NCBI GenBank assembly: GCA_002309765.1
Contig: DBXY01000052.1
Location: forward strand, 84,210 to 148,209
DNA from: Verrucomicrobia bacterium UBA1200
Lineage (GTDB): Bacteria > Verrucomicrobiota > Kiritimatiellia > RFP12 > UBA1067
DNA length: 64,000 nt
Direction of reading: 5' to 3'
In this document: positions 17,945 through 26,954 of the stretch, piece after piece
How positions within the stretch are numbered: the first letter of the stretch is position 1
How the letters are laid out: every line of letters starts with the position of its first letter
The notes under the pieces: model-generated
Told to the model about the DNA's origin: nothing
What the model saw: only the letters and a program-made list of their open reading frames with translations
Database searches by the model: none
Made by a program: the position numbers and the translations under genes

Positions 17945-19444
17945 TTACCCTTGGCGGGTGATTTTTTGCGACACCAGCGGTTTTCCCGCGTTCCAGAAGG
18001 AATCCAGCGGCACCACCTCAAAGTGGAACGGCTGGTCGGACGGCGTAATGTCGGCGGCGATCACGCATGTGTCGCCCAACCTCGCTTTGGGAGATTCAAG
18101 AGAGTGGTTATAACCGGTCGCTATAACGTATTTGCTCTTTTTCTCGCCCTTATCTGGAATGATGTTGATTTCATATTCGTGCGGGCGGGCGCCTTTTACC
18201 GCTATTGCCGACGGGAACGCCAGCTTGAACGCGTCCTTCTTGGCCTTGGGGACTCCGGCGCCGCCACGGTTGGTGGCTTTGATCCGCGTCACGTAAAGCT
18301 TTGCGTCCGCCGGAAATTCCGGAGCGCGAAACTGTTGTTTGCGGACAGCGAACGCATACGGTTTGGATTCGGCGGCGGGAAGCGGCATCACCCAATCGTC
18401 GCCCACGAACAGATTGGTAAGAAACTCGCGCCTGGTGAAGGTGATATGGTCGGAGTAAACGCTCACCAGCATACCTTGGCGACAGTCTGTTGGATCGGCG
18501 TTCGGCATCATCTTAAACGGATCGATTTGGTCGCGATTGCTGGCCGCGCCGGTATTCTCGTATCCGCACGGCGGGCGGGAGTCGTAAGTGCGCCCGCTAT
18601 AACGAAGCGAACTGGTTCCGATAGAGGTGAAAGTGTCCTGCCAAATCGAACGTTCATCGGTCAGCGAATAGTGGGAATGTCCGGAAAAGGCGATGGCATT
18701 GGGAAACGCGCTGAGGGTTTTGGTGACCACGCCGCTGTCATGGCCCCAAGCCCAAGGACCGTAACAAGTGTCTTTCGGATGGGGATGCTGGGTATAGAAA
18801 AACGGCAGCGCGGGATCGAGTTTCTTCCCGTTGGCGGACATAAAATCTTCGATACGGTCAAAAGAGCATTTTTCCCTCCTGCCGTACCCGTCCCAATGGT
18901 GCCCAATAAAGGAATAACCCTTAATCTGCTTCAGATAAATCGGAGCGTACTCTTCTTGGAAAATGCGTTCCCAGTTGCCCTTGTAATCAGTACTGAGAAC
19001 ATGTTTCGGGCGTTCAGCGTCATTCGGAAAACGTTTCTTGGCGTACCCGCCGTATCCGGCGCCTTCCCAATCGTGGTTGCCGTAAATGAATACCTTTTCG
19101 ACGGTACGCCCGTCCGGCGCCTTGTTGTTGGGGAACACTTTAAACCAAGCGTCGGCGACCTTTTGCAATTGCTCGACCATGCCATTGTCAGCCATGTCGC
19201 CGGCAATCATCACCGCATCTACCTTCTGGTCGCGGAACCACTCAAGGGTATGAACAAATGTTTTAGTGTCGCCCTGGCGTCCGGTGTCGCCGGGCGTTTC
19301 CATAATGTGGATGTCGGACACCACCCCGAACTTAAGCTTGGGGGCGCCGGAAAACAACCCGCCCGGGGCGCGGAAAACACGGCATCCTGAAAACGCGGTG
19401 AACGACAGTGCGCTACCGATAAAGAAACGGCGTGACAAATCCAT
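17945..19444 (-). CDS. TAT-exported calcineurin-like metallophosphoesterase
   Basis: The internal ATG at 19444 is preceded by AAGGAG and gives MDLSRRFFIGSALSF (a twin-arginine-type signal). Metallophosphoesterase motifs present: GVVSDIH, GDMADNG, GNHD, GHHW, GHSH. Confidence 0.75.
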   Translation of the reverse strand: MDLSRRFFIGSALSFTAFSGCRVFRAPGGLFSGAPKLKFGVVSDIHIMETPGDTGRQGDTKTFVHTLEWFRDQKVDAVMIAGDMADNGMVEQLQKVADAWFKVFPNNKAPDGRTVEKVFIYGNHDWEGAGYGGYAKKRFPNDAERPKHVLSTDYKGNWERIFQEEYAPIYLKQIKGYSFIGHHWDGYGRREKCSFDRIEDFMSANGKKLDPALPFFYTQHPHPKDTCYGPWAWGHDSGVVTKTLSAFPNAIAFSGHSHYSLTDERSIWQDTFTSIGTSSLRYSGRTYDSRPPCGYENTGAASNRDQIDPFKMMPNADPTDCRQGMLVSVYSDHITFTRREFLTNLFVGDDWVMPLPAAESKPYAFAVRKQQFRAPEFPADAKLYVTRIKATNRGGAGVPKAKKDAFKLAFPSAIAVKGARPHEYEINIIPDKGEKKSKYVIATGYNHSLESPKARLGDTCVIAADITPSDQPFHFEVVPLDSFWNAGKPLVSQKITRQG

Positions 19445-19735
19445 TGCGAACTCCTTGCTTACTGGGTAGAAACGGTTATGACGTCTTGGGCTTACACCGC
19501 TCGCTGGCATACCGTTTAAAACTGTCGGTGATTCTAGCAGTTTACCCCAATGCGGTCAAGGGCATTTTTCGTCAATCCAGATTACGCTGTTCGTTTTCCC
19601 GCTTGAACCCGAAGACCGAAATTAGTATCATATTTCCGTTTTTCTATCGGGGATGCCGCAGCCTCGAAACGAAAGGCACGGCAAATCAATTGCAAAGTGC
19701 CGCCGCAGTTACCAACCAACGAAAGGGACCAATCC

Positions 19736-22700
19736 ATGACCGCAGGAAAAATGTTCAACAAAAAGCCGTTTGCAAGGACTGATGAATGGGGATTTGTTGC
19801 GATTATCATAATATGCATGGCGATGATACCTTTAGCGATGTTAGCGGATGGCGTTAAGCGTTCGATGTCGCTTGTGGTAATGGTGGACGGTCTTCGTTCC
19901 GACGCGATCGAATCGGGACACATGCCCAACCTTGAAAAACTGCGCGCCGGAAAATGGCAGAGTGGCTACAAGGCCGCATGGTCGGTGACGGGGCAGATCA
20001 CCCCGGGCTCTGCGCCGTCCTCCGGGCCGAACCACGTCTCTATCGCGACGGGATTCAATCCAGCAACGCACGGTGTGACATCAAACACCATACTTGAAAA
20101 CGGAACGCCGTCCGCTATGCCGACCTGGCTCAAGCGCGTTATTGACGCGAAACCGGGAACGACAGCGCTCTTCGTCTATTCCTGGAGCCCTGACGGTAAT
20201 ATCGCCCCGAGCGAAGGTATCGAGTCCATGGGCGACTCGGACAACGAGAACGCCTCCGCGCTCGCGTCGCGCCTCGCTGCCGCGAACGCGCCGGACGCGA
20301 CCTTGTACTTCATCGACGCGGTCGACCACGCTGGTCACGCTGGGCAATACTATTCTTACACCGACGGATATCTCGCCGCCGTATCGACGGTTGACGGCTA
20401 CATCGGCGCGTGCCTCAACGCGATTGCGTCCCGTCCTACCTTCGCGGACGAGGATTGGCTTATCGCCGTCACTTCCGACCACGGCGGATACGGCACATAC
20501 CATGGACAGATTACCGTGGGCGGCCACGCCCAGACTATTCCGATTGTCATCGCCGGGACGAACATAACGCAGGGCCGCATCCCCGGCACGCCGTACAACT
20601 TCGACGTGGCAGCGTCCGCGCTACACCATTTCGGAATCACGGTTGCCGGGCTTCAGGCCTCGCTGCGCGACGGCGCGGCAGAGACGGTACGGACACTCAA
20701 TGACGGTCTATCCGTATATCTCTCGTTCAACGAATCGATGACCGACAACGCGGTCGTTGGCAGTTCCGTCACGCCGGAAATCGTCGGTTCGCCAACCCTG
20801 GTAGCGAACGGAATGCACGGTAAAAGCATGAGCATCTCCACGAACAACGTCTTGAAGCTCGCCGGTTCAGAATCGCTTTCGTTCGAGGATTCCAACCGCA
20901 GTTTCGCGGCGGTTGTCTGGGCAAAGTTCGCCGACAGGGGCGACGCCGGTGGCGATCCCGTCATCTTCGGCAACAAGTCTTGGTCTGGCAATGTAAAGGG
21001 GATGATTCTCACGTCGAGAAAAAAGGCGGGATGGACCTCCCCCGCATCAGGCGCGGGAGTAGGCTTCAACATTGGTTCCGGTTCAGGGCGCATGGATATC
21101 TATCCGATGCCGACCGAGGGTGCCTCGGCGTGGACCTTCTACGCCGTCACGTATTCCGAGAACGGTACTTACACACTCTACCAGGGGCGTAGCGACGGGA
21201 CACTCTATTGGGCGTCCGGGCAGTTCCCCGCCGCCACGCTGGCGTCGGGTATGCCGTTCTACATTGGGCAAGACGGAACTGGCAATTATTCAAAGCACTT
21301 CGTCGGCGAGGTTGATGACTTCGCGCTTTGGACGCGCGGGCTTTCGCATGACGACATCCGCCGCATCTACGAGTGCGGAAGGGCAGGCATGGAATTGGGC
21401 GACCTGCTTAAGATCGAAGCGAACGACGCGCCCACAATGGAAGTCTCGGTTGCCAACGGCGAGTACACGCTGGAATTCGGCGGACGTCGCACAATGACGC
21501 ACGAACTCTACATTGCCTACGGGGCTGATGATGAGGGCGGGAACAAGCACGCATGGGAATCGTTCGACAAAATCGCCGACATTCCAATGGGCACGACGAC
21601 GCACTCATACACCGTGCCGAATGCGCTGAAAGCCGCGAACGCAAAGTTCCGCTTCTTCCTCATGCAGACGGGCAGCCTTCCATACGCAAAGGAGGTCGAA
21701 TACGCCCATTCGGACGGTAACGCCTGGTTTGACACCGGCATCGCGCCGCGGCGCGACCTCGTCGCGGAGTTTGATGTGCGACTAACCGCCGACAACACGG
21801 AATGGGGTACTGGTAAGACCGACACGCAGACCGCAATCTACGAAAACATATTCGGCGCGTTCTGCGGCACGGACAAACGAGGGAACTACGGCATGTGCCG
21901 TTATCGTAGATCGGGTAACAGCAACCACAACAAGTGGGATCGCGAATTAAACACCGGAAACAACTACCAGTTCGTCGGCAGCTGCGTTAACGACACCGAC
22001 TACCACGTCATGTTCTCCACGACGGATCTCGTCATCAACGGCACATCTTACGGCAGCGGAATCACCGCCGCAAACTTCATCGAAGGCGGATACGGCATTA
22101 CGCTTTACCGCAACTTGAAGAACGGCGCGATCTATGACGACACGATGATCGGCTATTTCAAAACCTTCTTGCTCTACACCCCAAAACGCAAGGTGCGCGA
22201 CTACATGCCCGTTGTCGATGCCGACGGCACGGTGGGAATGTTCGATGCGGTAACGGGGCAATTCCAGACGAGCGAGGACACCGCGCTCACTGCAGGTTCG
22301 GACTGCGATGCCGCGCGCAAGGGATGGGTGCGCTGCGTCTCCGAAAAGGTTTATACTGCGAGCGACACTATTCCTGTCACCGCCACCTACACGGGTTTGG
22401 GGAGCGATCCGCTCGACTTCACCGATTCCGCGAACTGGGTTTGCGAGAATGCATACGGCGTCATGCTCGATGGCGCCGTGCCAACCATCGATACGGCGGT
22501 GACGGTAGCGGGCGAGACGGCGTTCGCAGTGCCAAGCGGTGCGGCAACGCCAGTCTGCGCTAGCATCAGATTCAACAACGCCACGCCAACGAACGCGATG
22601 GATTGGAGCGGACTTGATTTCACCAAAGTGACGGTAAACTCCGTGATTGATCTCAAAGGGCATACCCTTTATCTCGCCGATGAAAACAGCGCGGCATTAA

Positions 22701-23827
22701 GCCAGTTTACCGTGACCGACTCCTCGGACGGCGATCCCGGCATACTGCGCATTTCGGTTGCATCGGGCGCGACACTTGCCAACGAGGGCGTATCGTTGAC
22801 CGGAAACCTTAAACTCAAGAAAGAGGGAGAGGGCACATTCTCAGCCGCGAAGGCGGGTCAGGCATATAGCGGCGGCACGGACGTGGATGCCGGAACCGTT
22901 CTCGTTGGTTCGTCTGGCAACGGGCATTTCGGCAGCGGTATCGTCCATATCCCGACTGGAACGACATACGATGCGTACGGCAATGCCGATTCTTCCGTGA
23001 ACCTTGTTCTCGCTGGCGGAAAGATCGCGAATAACGGCGTTAACGCCACGTTACCATCGACACTAAGAATGACGGAAGATTCAACCATCGAGTTTGCCGT
23101 ATTGCCCGCAAACCACGACATGACCATTCCCGCCGGCGCGGTCTGGAATCTCGGCGGAAAGACGCTTTCCGTTGTGATGGACGGCTACGATCCCGACCTG
23201 CAAGTGAGGGACGTTACGATTTCCAACGGGACCTTCACCGTCACCGTCAACACTTACAACAACGAGACGAAGGGGTATGTGCAAATCTACAAACTGCGCG
23301 GCGGGGACGGGCTGAACCTCGACTTGGGCAACACGTGTCTGCGCCTTTCCTCGGGCGGAGTTGCGACTTCGCAAGTTTGCGACTTCACGGCGAATCCGCC
23401 AGACCAGGCGAATGTGGTGTATAGCTATTCGACGAGCCGGTTGCAGATTTTCGGCACGTATACGCCGCAGACGGTACGCGGATTGAACATGACGATGATG
23501 GACGGCTCGACGTTGGACATTTCGCATTGGTCCGGCGCATACAATTGCGTATTCACAAACCCGAAATACAGCAACAGCGCAAACAACACCCTCTGCGATC
23601 TCCAATTCTCCGCCGGGACGATTACGGTGAACCTCGCGGGACGGACGGACTTGGAGGAAATCGCAACGAGCGAATCGCCATACATCGTCACATGGGAAGA
23701 CGAGCCGGACACAGGAGTGTCATTCGTGCTTGATCCGGGAACTGCGGCCAGAACATTTGAAATTGCCAAAGAATCGACCGGGCTTCGCCTCAAGTACAGC
23801 GGCGGGACAATCATCATTATGCGCTGA
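19736..23827 (+). CDS. giant membrane-anchored/secreted protein with an N-terminal nucleotide-pyrophosphatase/phosphodiesterase (NPP, alkaline-phosphatase-superfamily) domain, a LamG-like lectin domain and C-terminal beta-helical repeats
   Basis: Start taken at the ATG at 19736 (MTAGKMFNKKPF...GFVAIIIICMAMIPLAML anchor). NPP motifs: LVVMVDGLRSD, SSGPNHVSIATG (nucleophile region), SDHGGYG (metal ligands). LamG motif: GEVDDFALWTRGLSHDDIRRIY. The C-terminal third is a Gly/Thr/Asn-rich beta-strand repeat region paralogous to the ORF at 61687. Confidence 0.75.
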   Translation: MTAGKMFNKKPFARTDEWGFVAIIIICMAMIPLAMLADGVKRSMSLVVMVDGLRSDAIESGHMPNLEKLRAGKWQSGYKAAWSVTGQITPGSAPSSGPNHVSIATGFNPATHGVTSNTILENGTPSAMPTWLKRVIDAKPGTTALFVYSWSPDGNIAPSEGIESMGDSDNENASALASRLAAANAPDATLYFIDAVDHAGHAGQYYSYTDGYLAAVSTVDGYIGACLNAIASRPTFADEDWLIAVTSDHGGYGTYHGQITVGGHAQTIPIVIAGTNITQGRIPGTPYNFDVAASALHHFGITVAGLQASLRDGAAETVRTLNDGLSVYLSFNESMTDNAVVGSSVTPEIVGSPTLVANGMHGKSMSISTNNVLKLAGSESLSFEDSNRSFAAVVWAKFADRGDAGGDPVIFGNKSWSGNVKGMILTSRKKAGWTSPASGAGVGFNIGSGSGRMDIYPMPTEGASAWTFYAVTYSENGTYTLYQGRSDGTLYWASGQFPAATLASGMPFYIGQDGTGNYSKHFVGEVDDFALWTRGLSHDDIRRIYECGRAGMELGDLLKIEANDAPTMEVSVANGEYTLEFGGRRTMTHELYIAYGADDEGGNKHAWESFDKIADIPMGTTTHSYTVPNALKAANAKFRFFLMQTGSLPYAKEVEYAHSDGNAWFDTGIAPRRDLVAEFDVRLTADNTEWGTGKTDTQTAIYENIFGAFCGTDKRGNYGMCRYRRSGNSNHNKWDRELNTGNNYQFVGSCVNDTDYHVMFSTTDLVINGTSYGSGITAANFIEGGYGITLYRNLKNGAIYDDTMIGYFKTFLLYTPKRKVRDYMPVVDADGTVGMFDAVTGQFQTSEDTALTAGSDCDAARKGWVRCVSEKVYTASDTIPVTATYTGLGSDPLDFTDSANWVCENAYGVMLDGAVPTIDTAVTVAGETAFAVPSGAATPVCASIRFNNATPTNAMDWSGLDFTKVTVNSVIDLKGHTLYLADENSAALSQFTVTDSSDGDPGILRISVASGATLANEGVSLTGNLKLKKEGEGTFSAAKAGQAYSGGTDVDAGTVLVGSSGNGHFGSGIVHIPTGTTYDAYGNADSSVNLVLAGGKIANNGVNATLPSTLRMTEDSTIEFAVLPANHDMTIPAGAVWNLGGKTLSVVMDGYDPDLQVRDVTISNGTFTVTVNTYNNETKGYVQIYKLRGGDGLNLDLGNTCLRLSSGGVATSQVCDFTANPPDQANVVYSYSTSRLQIFGTYTPQTVRGLNMTMMDGSTLDISHWSGAYNCVFTNPKYSNSANNTLCDLQFSAGTITVNLAGRTDLEEIATSESPYIVTWEDEPDTGVSFVLDPGTAARTFEIAKESTGLRLKYSGGTIIIMR

Positions 23828-23879
23828 AAAAAGGCAACGGGGCGTTTGGCAAAAGGCGGAGCCGCGCCGCGGATTGACT

Positions 23880-24623
23880 TTATCCGCGGTCGCGGTTTGG
23901 GTCGGCTTTGGATGCCCAATCCGCCTGCCGGGCGACTCCCATCATAATGGACACGTCATCGTCCGAAAAGACCCCGCGGGAGAAAATCCGCTGGATCCCC
24001 TGCATCATGTGGTCGGCTTTGTCGGGCTTCATGAAACCGATTTCCAGCAGCATTCCGCGCCAAATGTCCAACAGTCTCAGCTTACGCGCCATTTGCGCGG
24101 GTTCGGATTTTTCGACCGGGGGTTCGTATGCGCCCAATGCGGAAAAAAGCTCGTAACAGCAAAGCAGTACCGCCTGGGAAAGGTTCAAAGAGGTGTAATC
24201 GGGATCGACCGGAATGCGTATCAAATGGGTACAGCGGGCGATTTCGTCGTTTACCAAGCCCTTGTCCTCGCGTCCGAAAACCAACGCCACCTTGGAGTTG
24301 GCCGCCAACTGCAGCAGGGTCGGCGACAATTCTCGCGGGGTCTTCACATGCTGACGGTACAACCCGCCGCGCGCCGTCGTTCCCACCACGAACGAGCAGT
24401 CGGACACGGACTCTTCAAAAGTCTCGGTTTTTCGGCAACGCTGGAGAATCCCGGTGGCGTGCACCGCCATGCGCTCCGCCTCGGACCAATCGTCGCAGAG
24501 CCTCGGCGCGGCCAGCACCAAATCGCTGAAACCCATATTGGCCATGGCCCGGCATACCGACCCCACATTGCCACTGTAAAGGGTACCGACCAGCACCACC
24601 CGGAAATTTGACAGCACGCCCAT
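23880..24623 (-). CDS. SpoU/TrmH-family RNA 2'-O-methyltransferase (TrmJ-like)
   Basis: N-terminal RVVLVGTLYSGNVGSVCRAMANMGFSDLVLAAP matches the TrmJ pattern (VLVEPQHPGNIGAVARAMKNMG). SPOUT knot region IRIPVDPDYTSLNLSQAV. Confidence 0.7.
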   Translation of the reverse strand: MGVLSNFRVVLVGTLYSGNVGSVCRAMANMGFSDLVLAAPRLCDDWSEAERMAVHATGILQRCRKTETFEESVSDCSFVVGTTARGGLYRQHVKTPRELSPTLLQLAANSKVALVFGREDKGLVNDEIARCTHLIRIPVDPDYTSLNLSQAVLLCCYELFSALGAYEPPVEKSEPAQMARKLRLLDIWRGMLLEIGFMKPDKADHMMQGIQRIFSRGVFSDDDVSIMMGVARQADWASKADPNRDRG

Positions 24624-24625
24624 GG

Positions 24626-25507
24626 TTATTCCAAGTTTTGCACCTGCTCGCGGATCGCCTCAACACCGGCTTTGAGCGCAATGACGAATTTGGCGATCTC
24701 GGCGTCGTTGGCCTTGGAGCCGATGGTGTTGATTTCGCGGAAGAACTCCTGGCAAAGGAAATCCAGCGTTCGACCGCAAGCGGCCTCTTCGGCGAAGATT
24801 TTTTCAGCTTGCATGAAATGGCTTTCCAAGCGGGTAAGTTCTTCGCTAATGTCGCAACGGTCGGCGAACACCGCCACCTCGCGGGCGACAAGCGCTTGGT
24901 CAATCGCTTCTCCGCCGGTTTGCAGCAATTCGTTCAAACGGCGTTCCAACGCCGCCCGGTAAGCTACCGGCACCCGCGGCGCAAGGTCGCGGATTTTTCC
25001 CGCCATGCCGTGAAGCGTGTTGAAACGCTGGCGAAGGTCGGCCACCAGCTCGGCCCCTTCGCGTTCCCGCATTTTGGTCATCTCCTCAAGGGCGGCGGTG
25101 GCGGCCTGTTGAATCAGCGGCCAAAGCTCTTCGGAATCCCGGAGCGACAAACGGAGCCGTAAAATGTCGGGGATTCGGAGCAGGTCGGAGGAGGTCAAGG
25201 TGTCCTTCAACCCCAACTCGCTGGAAATCAGGCGCAGGGATTCCACTTGCTTGCGGATACCGTCCAAAGACGCGGCGGAATAACCGCCCGACACCGTCTC
25301 CAGCGTGACCGCCCCCTTTATGTAACCGCGATTGACGTAACTGTGAACCAGTTTTTGAAAATCCGCCTCCAGGCAAGCCAACTCGCGCGGCAGGGTGACG
25401 CTGCAATCAAACTGTTTGCGGTTGACCGAACCCAATTCTGCGGTAACTTTGTAAGTTTCATTGGACGCTTCGCCGCGCCCGAAGCCCGTCATGCTGCGAA
25501 TGGCCAT
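24626..25507 (-). CDS. yicC: YicC/YloC-family protein (stress-induced, putative endoribonuclease)
   Basis: Starts MAIRSMTGFGRGE, the hallmark YicC N-terminus. Length 293 aa with a C-terminal DUF1732-like region. Confidence 0.8.
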   Translation of the reverse strand: MAIRSMTGFGRGEASNETYKVTAELGSVNRKQFDCSVTLPRELACLEADFQKLVHSYVNRGYIKGAVTLETVSGGYSAASLDGIRKQVESLRLISSELGLKDTLTSSDLLRIPDILRLRLSLRDSEELWPLIQQAATAALEEMTKMREREGAELVADLRQRFNTLHGMAGKIRDLAPRVPVAYRAALERRLNELLQTGGEAIDQALVAREVAVFADRCDISEELTRLESHFMQAEKIFAEEAACGRTLDFLCQEFFREINTIGSKANDAEIAKFVIALKAGVEAIREQVQNLE

Positions 25508-25508
25508 C

Positions 25509-26501
25509 TCACACCTGCTTTTGTTGCGCCTCGGCGATGTTTATCTGCGATTTCACGGTGGTGCCGGATCCTTTGCGGGAGTAAATCTCGAACGAATCCG
25601 AAACCCGTTTCACGTTTGCCAATCCCATGCCCGCGCCAAACCCGAGCGAACGAATCCACTCGTTGGCGGTAGAGGTGCCGTCGCGGCACGCCCACTCTAC
25701 GTCCTCAATGCCGGGGCCGGCGTCGCGGGCGATGATTTCCGACTTGCCGTTGACAATCTCCCAAGTGAGTACCCCGCCGTCGGAATGGACGCAAAGGTTG
25801 ATTTCCAGCTCGTAGGCCGCCACGGCGATCCGCCGAATGATTTTGGGGGCGATGTTACGTTCCTGCAAAAGTTTCTTGATTTGGTTGGACGCCTTGCCGG
25901 CGCGCTCGAAATCATATTTGCAGATCGGGAATTCGCGGTAAACGTAAATCCCGGAGGCGGTGTCGGCATCGACTCCTTTGGCCTTGCTTTCCAGCCGGTT
26001 GAACTCGCGGGAAAGTTCGCGGAGCAAAGTGCGGTTGATGTCGCGCTGGCAAATAATCCCCACCAAACGCTGATCGCGGTTGATTACCGGGAACCGCCCG
26101 TAATGGTAACGCTCAAAATACCTCAGCGCGAAAGAGAGCGGCATATCATCCTCAAGCACCACCAGCTTGGTGGTCATGTGCTCGCTGCAGGAATCATTTA
26201 TGTAACCGCCGCTCAAAGCCCGTATGATGTCGTCAATACTGACCAGTCCGAAAAACCGTCCGTTCTCTTCCACCGGCACTCCGCTGATTTTGTTCTTGCG
26301 CATCAGCTCCTGAATCTCGTGCATGGTGGCGGAACGCGGGACCTTGGTTAAATCCGTGGTCATCACGTCGCGGACTTTCATCCGCTGGATAAGCTCAAGC
26401 AACACCAGCGGTTCGCTGTCATCCGGAGACATCCCGTGGGATGTAGTGGAAAAGGAGTTGGCCGGTTTGTCTCCCGGCGCCGCTTGAGGTTGCTCAGACA
26501 T
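25509..26501 (-). CDS. CBS-pair domain protein fused to a GHKL-type (RsbW/SpoIIAB-like serine-kinase/anti-sigma) ATPase domain
   Basis: Two CBS motifs (VRDVMTTDLTKV...GVPV; VLEDDMPL...FPVINRDQRLVGIICQRDI). The C-terminal HATPase_c-like region (IARDAGPGIEDVEWA...GFGAGMGLANVKRVSD) carries a GxGxG ATP lid. Separated from the DRTGG gene by 7 nt. Confidence 0.7.
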   Translation of the reverse strand: MSEQPQAAPGDKPANSFSTTSHGMSPDDSEPLVLLELIQRMKVRDVMTTDLTKVPRSATMHEIQELMRKNKISGVPVEENGRFFGLVSIDDIIRALSGGYINDSCSEHMTTKLVVLEDDMPLSFALRYFERYHYGRFPVINRDQRLVGIICQRDINRTLLRELSREFNRLESKAKGVDADTASGIYVYREFPICKYDFERAGKASNQIKKLLQERNIAPKIIRRIAVAAYELEINLCVHSDGGVLTWEIVNGKSEIIARDAGPGIEDVEWACRDGTSTANEWIRSLGFGAGMGLANVKRVSDSFEIYSRKGSGTTVKSQINIAEAQQKQV

Positions 26502-26508
26502 GGTTGCG

Positions 26509-26850
26509 TCACCCGTTTTGCTTTAAAGCTTCATAAACCGCAATGTTGGCCTGGTATTTCGCCAGTTTGCAGGTCATAAGCGTCATGTGCAAATCGTTGG
26601 CGACGTTGACCATGGATGACGGCAACGGCTTTCCGTTGACCACCACCACCCCCAACGCCCCGACAATCTGAGCCGTGCGCAACACCTGGTCGCTCGCCAG
26701 CGAGGTCAGCAACAGGATGTCGTCATCGTCAACCACCAGCACATCGCTCATCAAATCTGACGAGACAACGTTTTTTATCGGACGGTCCAACCCCTCGCCT
26801 TTAACCAAAACCTCGGCTTTGAGCGCTTCGGCAATCTCTAAAATCGTCAT
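26509..26850 (-). CDS. DRTGG-domain protein
   Basis: 113 aa (MTILEIAEALKAEVLVKGEGLDRPIKNVVSSDLMSDVL...LRTAQIVGALGVVVVNGKPL) fits the DRTGG domain that commonly accompanies CBS pairs. Confidence 0.6.
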   Translation of the reverse strand: MTILEIAEALKAEVLVKGEGLDRPIKNVVSSDLMSDVLVVDDDDILLLTSLASDQVLRTAQIVGALGVVVVNGKPLPSSMVNVANDLHMTLMTCKLAKYQANIAVYEALKQNG

Positions 26851-26954
26851 AACTTACCCCTTTTCAGCAATACCCGAAAAACAAGTGAAATGATACAATA
26901 AGCGCGTTTTGTAATCAAGCACAAACGGTGCGGATTTGCGGCTCCGCGGAATCT

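Noticed and set aside
17519-19390. 623-aa plus-strand ORF spanning the miaB and metallophosphoesterase loci
   Set aside because: It lies opposite two well-supported minus-strand genes, has low-complexity RG-rich sequence, and is out of frame with any motif.
26851-26954. GCGGA-N8-TCCGC hairpin downstream of the DUF5107-TPR gene as a terminator
   Set aside because: The stem is weak at 5 bp and no U-tract follows on the minus strand.
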